From Octopus bimaculoides (Eukaryota), in assembly GCF_001194135.2 (NCBI RefSeq), contig NC_068981.1, positions 154,737,800 to 154,801,271 of the forward strand: a stretch of 63,472 bases of DNA, written 5' to 3'. Positions 54,901 to 63,472 of this stretch are shown here, in pieces; the first letter of the stretch is position 1; every line of letters starts with the position of its first letter. The position numbers and the translations under genes are program-made. The notes below the pieces were generated by a model that worked only from the letters and a program-made list of their open reading frames with translations, did no database searches and was not told where the DNA came from.

Positions 54901-57541
54901 ATCATTGTTCTATGACCAATTTTTAATGCATATAAAGGTTGAATAGGTTGTCTCTAGCATAGCATTTTACCACCTGCTGTCATCCTTTGTAATCTCCTTC
55001 ATGAAGTTCACCCAACAAATGTAAAGAAATATAAGTCAAAACAGAACTTATGATGTGTATACCATTCAATATGTCAGTTTTAACAGATAACAGTGTATTC
55101 CTAAAAGAAATGAAGAAATTATCTTAAATCTAAAAACAGAGATAACCAGAATGTGGAGATTGGAAACAAGAATAATCCACTATCATAATAATGATAAAAA
55201 ATGATGACATAACCAAAATACTGGGCACGACATAGTGAAAACAACACTACAAAGCACTTTCAAACCTCTGTCTGTCATTAACAGCTATAGATGAAGGTCC
55301 TAGTTGTGTGTCACACCAGAACAGCATTGCTTGTGGCTGAACAGTCAGATGTGTGAAAGGCAATCTCAGCCACACAAGCTGCATTTGTGGGCTATCCTGG
55401 TGCTGTCAGTTCTATCTCTCGAGTATAGGGTGTTCGGTAAGATCCAAGCCTGGGCAGAATAGGGAACAGGTTGTCACCCACACAGTGTTCCCCCACTGTC
55501 CACATCATTGATGGATCCAAAGAAACAGCACAGCTATTATAATTTGACACCAACAGCATAATAGGAGTTGCCAGAATTAAGTTGTGAACAATGTCGAACT
55601 GCCTCAGGGGCTCAGGTTTCTGGTTTATCCTCAAGGTTTACTCCAAGGCAACAGAGGTTTGAAATCAGGGTTCTCCTTCCCCAAGATGGGTTACTTCCTG
55701 TCCAAGTTTATGAGGGCCATCTGCTTGACTAAGCATTGCATACATTCTAAGTAAAGTACTTTCAATGCAATAGAGATAAAAAAAAAAAAATACTGAGATA
55801 TGTAAATATGAACAACATACAAAAAAACAGCACTGCTAAGCATTTTGAAGCCTCTGTCTGTCATTAATGACTATGAATGAAGGCCCTAGTTGTCTGCTAC
55901 ACTGGAACAGTATTGCCTGTGGCTGAACCTAAGGTTATACAAAGCTCATTTAAATGTGTTGTGAAAGCATGCAATAAAACCAAGACTAATGAAATAATAA
56001 TAATAAAAGTAACAATGGTTAACATCAAGCTCAAATGAGGCAATCAATGCAAAGAAACAAGTGATCACACCATTTCTGTATGTTTAATTTTAGCATGGTC
56101 AGAATATATATATACAGATGCAATTAAGGCAGTAGCGACAACTGTTGGGTAAAGACGCTGAAGTTCTGACATTAGAAAATGAAGAAGCAGTATAAGTATG
56201 AACTAAGCATAGTATATGACAAATGATATGGCGACAATAACCCTAGGACATGACTGCTCAGACTAACAAAGAGACCAGAGTGAACTATTCAACAAACAAA
56301 AAAAAAGCATAGCAGTGCCTATAGCTTTACACAGTGTCCAAAAACTAGCTCTTCTGACAAAATCCTTGTTCTAAGCAAGACATGTTCAATTCCAGCTGTA
56401 CATTTTCTGCACACTCATATATTAGCTGATTAACACCTGGCTATACTGACATATCCAACATATCAGTGTCAGGTAATAATACAATGCAACCAACACAGTA
56501 TATGCTCAACACAATCACTGACCAACACTGTAATAACTCACAATATATATGAAATGATTTCAATAATCAGCAAAACATAACCCACACCATACATATTCAA
56601 TATCACACATGAAACACAAAGTTACACCAGTAACAACAAAACAAGTGAAACAGGTGAAGTATACAAACATAATTCTAAACTCCTAAAAGACAATACAGCA
56701 CAATCTGGACACATTGGGTGATGCAGTCCACTACCTGGAAAACAAAAATTGATGAGACAGTCATGACTAGAATGTTTCTGATCATATGTCTGTTTGATTG
56801 GAACTGATCTGGGGTTTAAGCAACACATGTTTGTTGTGGTATCGTATTTTAGCAAAACACCAAAATGTTTAGGGAAATGCTCGATACAAAACAACATACA
56901 ACCTGGATAGAAATCGGAATTGCTTGTCAAGGATATAAAAGAGTGTAACAGCTGGAGGGAGATAAAATTATTTTGTTAGAAACATGAGGGCGCACCTGCA
57001 TGAAACCGTTTTGAAACATAGATAATTACTGAAAACATTCCTTAAGTTAAATGCGATAAAAATGAAAATAACAAGCAGAATATGATCAAAAAACAACTCT
57101 CATTGTCTTCATAGATATTAGTAATTAAATGAACAACTAAAATGTATAGCAAATAACTTCAGGAAAACATTTCCAGACATGCCACTCTGAAAAACAATAT
57201 TCAATAAAGTTGTAAATAATAATGTTTTGCTCCCCGACTTCAGAAGATTCTATTTATTTATAATTATATGTAATTATACATAATAATATTTTACATATAG
57301 ATTTTATCTGAGCCAGTGAGGAGTCCTCTACATGGCTACTTAATCTGGAAGAAATAGCAGCAAATTCTTCATGTCACACCCTACCATCTTAAAAAGAGAT
57401 GGCAACATTGGATAAATAAGTTCACAATATATAAAAAAAAAACTCCAAACAAGATGATCATGGCTGGAATGTCTTTGATCATATGTCTGCTTGATTTGAA
57501 TTGAGCTGGGGCTAAGCAACATATATTTATTAGTATTATAT

Positions 57542-57769
57542 TTAACCCTTTTGTTACCAACCCAGCTAAAACTGGCTCTGGCTCTGCGTACAAATGTCTT
57601 GCTTTCTTAAGTTTTGAATTAAAATCTTCCACCAAACCTTAGTCACAATTTATGTTCCTAACACTAGCTGAATGATAACTAAGTTATTTTACTAAATTCT
57701 TTGTTATATTTAAAGTAATTGAAAGAAATACAGAGCATCTCAAAATAAATACAGTAATGAAAGAGTTAA
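57542..57769. mobile_element. piggyBac-type MITE (second family)
   Basis: TTAA-CCCTTTTGTTAC ... GTAATGAAAGAG-TTAA: imperfect TIRs with a TTAA TSD. Confidence 0.75.
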
Positions 57770-60700
57770 GCAAAATGCCAAAATGCTTTGGGAAATGTTT
57801 GAAACACATAATAAACCACCTGGATGGAATTAATTGCTTGCCAAGGAGGACATGAAGGACCAAAACAACTGGAAGGATGTAGTAGTACTTTCAAAAGCTA
57901 ATGAAAGGTTTTCCAGTATCTTGTTCACTAATGTGAATTTAGAGACGTATGCATCCAATGGATTTAAATTGACTGGTCTTACATTGATTAAATACTCATC
58001 AGAAGAAGAAGAATCAAACAGCAGCATGTCTAAGTCCTAGATAATCACTTAAGTGGATTTCAAAGCAACATTTGATGTTCATCATGAGGCCATTAGGAAA
58101 ATTTATGAAACTGTCAGCATCCCACCTGTGTAGCTGAAGACAATCAGTGAATTTTACTAAGACATTTCTGATCTAGTAATGAAGAACACTAGTAGTTCTT
58201 AGTCATTCCCCGTGGATAGATGTGTTGCTGTTTAACCCAAGGCCAGCTAGCACCAGTTGAGCAGAGCTATTCCACTACACCCTATGTAATTACAGCATTG
58301 CAATATGAATAGGTATAGTATAATAATAATACATGTGTGACATCCTAGTATATGTGAATATATGGGAATAGCAGAAAAATACTCAGAGTACACCTGCTAT
58401 TTCTAGCAGTTTAATACACACAGTCATTCAAGTTTCTAGAATCAGTAACCGCATCTCCTTCAAATCACGAGAAGTGGGTGTTTTATTTATTTTATATCAC
58501 ATTTACTGAATAATAGCCTCATTGATTACAGGTTTCCAGTGGTTCAATCACTAGTTCACTGCTTTTCTGACAGTGATGGTGACAAGGGATTGTTAGTGTA
58601 GCTCAAGTGGAAGAAATAATATACAAGGAATTTTTGTTTGAAAACACCTGCTTTTCAGTTACTCTATTAGTGTTAAAATTTAGAAAGATATAGGATTGAC
58701 CTGGATTTAAACATCAGCATCAGCATCAAAAACAACAACTGAAGTGTGCAGAAGAGCAGAAGAGGAGGCTGTTGAAGTCAGCCTGTATTATGAGAGGAAA
58801 GTCAAGATACCATTAACTTTAGTAGTTGATGGAAAAAAGAGAAATTAGGAGCCTTGAAGATATTGACTATATCTAATTAAAGCAGATTGCATTATGTCTG
58901 AATGTTTAATACTAGTGGTTGGTAGTTTTGGCAGTCAACCATGATAATTAGAGGCCTATGTGTCAGGCCCTCAAAGCATTTAGAGTATGAGTAAATGTGT
59001 AGATGAATAAATTGTAATTTATATATTCATTATTTATATTTCACAAAATAGTCATATTTCAGATATTGTTTTTGTTTTGTTTTACTTTCATTCTTAATGA
59101 TGTTTTCCTTTTTCTATGTCCCTTTGATAAATAGAAAATTCATAATAATGTTCATATCTATGGAAGAATAGAATTTTGGAATTTATATAACAATAGTGGG
59201 AAAATAATGACAGACCAATAGTGAAGATAATTACAATAGTATTCAGGGAGTATAAATATGTAGCATTACATTATGTCGCAGGACTGGAGTGAACATAAAA
59301 TATAATAGAACAACAAAGATAGAGAGAAAGGAAAATTACTGCATTACACATAACAATAGGTGTAGTAATAGTGCATGCGTGATAACCCATAATGTGATAA
59401 CAGTGTACATGAATAGCAGCAAAATAGCAAAATGCTCAGCATACATCTGGTATTATGTATGTATGAGTGTATAAATGGATGCATGCATATATGTGTGTAT
59501 GTATGAACATGTGTGTGTGTGTGACAGGTAGAGTGAAAGTTCTGCACATGATATTAGCTATCTTTACGTTCTGAGAACAAATCCACCTGCCAGTTTAACA
59601 CCTACATCTGGCCCTGGGGTGCCTTTAACAGAATCCACTCTCCTGCAAGCATTCAGGCCAGACTCAGTCCTGAACAGACCTTCTTCTAAGGCTCTCAGAA
59701 AGGTCATGGGTATTGGTCTTCTTCCTTTCAGTAAATTGCAAAGTAATAATTCTTTCTACTGTGATATTAGGCCTGAAATTTTCAGGGAGGGAGCCAGTTG
59801 TTTATATTGACTCCCAATTCTCAGCTGCTACTTATTTTATCAATCCTGAAACAATGAATGGCAAAGTCAACCTTGGCAGGATTTGAACTCAGACATAAAG
59901 AGCTGGAAGAAATGCCACCAAGCATTTTGTCCAACACACTAATGATTCTACCAGTTCATCACCTTATCAAAATAATTCTTTCATATTTTGGCATAAGGCC
60001 AGCAACTTTTAGGGGGAAGGGGAAAGTTGATTACATGGTCCCCAATACAGACTGATACTTTATTTTATCAACCCCAAAAAGATGAAAGACAAAGTTGAGC
60101 TTGGTAGAACTTGAACTCAACATTTAACTTTTGTATGTCAGTGAACATGTTATTAGCTATTTTCCTCCATAATGAAGGTAAGAAATATTTATCCACGTTT
60201 TCAATTAAACAAAATTTTTATTGTCAAAATCAATTACTTTTGGTCAGTTCAATCTCACAGTAAGTTTCTCCTGAGCCCTAGTTTTTTCTGGAAGAGAAGC
60301 TCTTCAAACTGCACATTAGATTTGTTTTCACTGAACAAGAATAACATCCAAGCATTTGATTTCCATTTTATGGAATAATTTTAGTTTCCTAAATAACCAT
60401 TTCAGTTAACTTTGATATAAGATATGACATATAATGACGTAGGACTAATTCAAGATTGTTTAAGCTGATAGAGTAATTCTCATGGAAATCTCAACCAAAA
60501 TAGAAACCAATGAAGAAAAACAATATGAAAATTCCCTTACACCAAACATCAAGAATTGAATAGCAAACATGATAACGGATATGATTTTGATGATAAAGTA
60601 GCAATGAAGGTGGTGGAATTTATGATAACGATGAGGAGGAGGAAAATGAAGATCAAATTGATTACAATACTTTACTTTTAAAACAACAGTGCATTACACA

Positions 60701-61185
60701 TTGTAAATCACATTACTAAAAATTAAAAATAATTACAAAAGAAAAGTCGTCAAAATCATTGAAGAATATGAAAATAATTTAAATTCTTTCTCTTCTTAAA
60801 TGGTCGCTCACCTATGAAAAGACAAAGAGACTACATAAGCAGTGAAGAATTAATTGGAAATTGGCCAGCTGCCAGAAGGACAACACTGTCAGACAGTCTT
60901 TGAGAAACTATTGGAATTCAACCAAAAATAAAAAGAATAAATAAATAGAAATGATAAAAAGGAAAAAAGAAAATGTATAGTTTGTAAGCAATGTTTATAG
61001 ATATTTTGCCAGCTTCTTTATTGGCCTGGTCTCTGTTCAAGAATGTATTTTTTCCTTCCAAAAATTGACTTTAAAGGTCCACAGGAGTAATCACTGCTAA
61101 GTTATGTATGAGTTTTTATCGTACCCAATTACATTTGACGAAAATGTAATTTATTTTTTATAGTTTCTATGTATATAATATATAT

Positions 61186-61578
61186 CACCATTGTTGTTAA
61201 AATGCCTGTTTTTCTAAACTGAGTAGATGTAAGGTGCCAAAGAGATAAGGTATTGGGAATATTTACCAATGAATTAGGAGTTCAAATATACTACTGGGGT
61301 TTTGTTGTATTTCTTAACAGAGTAGAATACTTTTTATAGTTTAGTGTAGTGGTTAGTTATATATTTTTCTATGGCTGAATGTATAACACCACTGTTGTTA
61401 AAATGCCTGTTTTGCTAACCTAAGTAGATGTAAGATGCCAAAGAGACAAGGTGTTGGAAATGTTTACCTATGAAATGAGAGTTTAAATATACTACTGGGG
61501 TTTTGTTGTATTTCTCAACAGAGTAGAATACTTTTTATAGTTTAGTGTAGTGGTTAGTTATATATTCTTCTATGGCTG
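61186..61578. repeat. Diverged tandem duplication with a 201-bp period
   Basis: 61186-61377 aligns with 61387-61578 with scattered substitutions. Confidence 0.9.
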
Positions 61579-63155
61579 TTCACAATTTGTGGTAGGCTGC
61601 ATGTGTAAACACTAAAGTTTAACTGAGTTTTCAAATATTTTATTAACCTTCTTTGCTATATTTACATACGTAAACCCAATAAATCAATGGAACAATGTTC
61701 AACAAACATAACAATTTACAATAAATAACTTGTATATAACTTGCTGTATATAACTGAAGAAAGTATTGCAAGGAATTTAAATCACTGCATAAATTAACAT
61801 GAGTTACTTGACACTACAAGTTAAGGCTGGTGCCTTCTGTCAAGTACAACATGGGCATGCTATGTATGAAAAGTGAAAGAGGAGGAGAGAGATCAACTCA
61901 CTACAAGCAACATAGAATACCCTAGGCAGCTTAGCGGCTCTCTGGCCGAAAGTTTAAAAGGTGAGAGACTTCAAAACAAGGAAACAGTAATATGATCCAT
62001 GTAAACCAGGGATAGAGCTGTCTAAAGTTGAATTTGCTTGCTTTTTAGTACTGTCAGCCAAAATGTTCTAGAATCTTTGGCCAGACTGTTAGGCAGGAAA
62101 ACTCACTCACTTCCTATGAAGTTTTCCGCCTCAGTCATTATAAGTTAGCCATATATAAGTCTGTATATATGTAGGTATTAACATATTTTATGGCAGTACT
62201 TTTTCTTTTATGGAAATATATTAGTTCATGGTTCTAGACAGAGAAAATCTGAACGCTATAATTCATATCTCAGCCAAGGTGGTTTTGCTGCAATGGCTTC
62301 AGATAATAGTAGTGAACCTTTTACAGGGTTCCCAAGATAATGAAGGAAGAGGAAAGAATAAACCTTAAATAATGGATTATCTTCAAACAAGAAACTTGGT
62401 CCAAATGCCTGCAATAGAATGAACTATACTAATGGCACAAATGGGTCAATTTAGTCCTACTTTGTTACAGTTCACCAAGCTCTTGGGAATAGATCATCTC
62501 CAAAAATTACTTATAATAGACTTAGAACCTATTCAAGGTTTTGCTTCTCACTTTGAAGCAAGAACTCTTAAGAGGCATAGAATGATATTAGGAGCATAAG
62601 CTATTATTTCTAAACTTATACAGGTCTGCACAAAAAAAAGTTTCTTCCTATGTGTCTTATTTATAAAGTTCAATTTTCTACAATTTAATTCACTTGCTTT
62701 CTCTGATTTCTTTAATATTCTTCTACAGCAAGCATATTTCACTAACATCATATTGTATATTTACATCATATATGTATCATCTATTTGCATTATATGACCA
62801 ACCTAACTCCTTTGTTTATCCTAAATGTATAAGCTAACATTTTTCGTAAACAAAATATTTCCTCAGCTAACTCCTTTTCTAGCACATCCAAAAGATGAGA
62901 GTCGACTCAGGACACTAATATCTAAGAGGTATCTCTGCACTTACTGCTGACTGTCTCAATACTAAACATTATTATACATATATACAGACTTTATAGGATG
63001 TCTTTCAGATGAGGAGGATAAAAATAGCCAGATAATATTCAAAAACATGGGGCAGGGAAGGAGAAACATTGTTCCAACAAAGGTAATAAAATATATTATA
63101 ATACCTACACAACAAAACTTACATACCTGTAATAAATTTCATATTTATATATATA

Positions 63156-63270
63156 CTAGCAGAAATACCCGGCGTTGCCCGGGTTAAAGAGAATAATGAA
63201 ATCTAAAAACGCCGTCTAGACTACGCAACCCTCAACTGTTAGTAGCTACGATACCATATTTCTACATTAA
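63156..63270 (-). mobile_element. Non-autonomous Helitron 3' end
   Basis: Minus strand has the GC hairpin CCCGGGCAACGCCGGG 8 nt before a terminal CTAG followed by T, the canonical Helitron 3' signature. The 5' extent is uncertain. Confidence 0.75.
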
Positions 63271-63472
63271 TAACTCTCCAATCCATGCCAGCATGGAACA
63301 TAGATATTAAGTGGAATGCTAGAAGAAAGTTTTCAACTCATATGTATATAAAGTAAATACACGTAATTCAGAAATACGTTTTGTGTATTTTATTTCGTAA
63401 CCAAACAAACAAGTACAGATTATAAATAATGAAAGGCCAATTTTGGTGATTCATTTGACAGAGGTAGTAGAG

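Overview
AT-rich, repeat-dense animal genomic DNA with scaffold N-gaps. The SINE, MITE and microsatellite repertoire looks like that of an octopus; this is inferred from repeat recognition, not a database search. Most of the window is intronic or intergenic transposon debris: Mariner, Pogo/Tigger, hAT and piggyBac-type MITEs, a Ty3/Gypsy pol relic, RTE, CR1/L2 and R4/Dong LINE fragments, a Helitron 3' end, and many tRNA-derived SINEs. Host coding sequence appears limited to the likely 5' end of a minus-strand ankyrin-repeat gene (ATG exon plus a 118-nt exon at 14.2-14.6 kb) and a few weak exon candidates. The main hidden signal is four type I hammerhead-ribozyme folds (50-146 -, 37573-37673 -, 44511-44606 +, 44931-45046 -). 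They share an architecture but not sequence: intact CUGANGA/GAAA/UH core, short palindromic stem III, unusually long 57-77 nt stem II, and a (TA)n tract just downstream. This suggests Penelope/retrozyme-like self-cleaving RNA elements. A perfect 136-bp inverted repeat and several other dsRNA-forming structures are also present.
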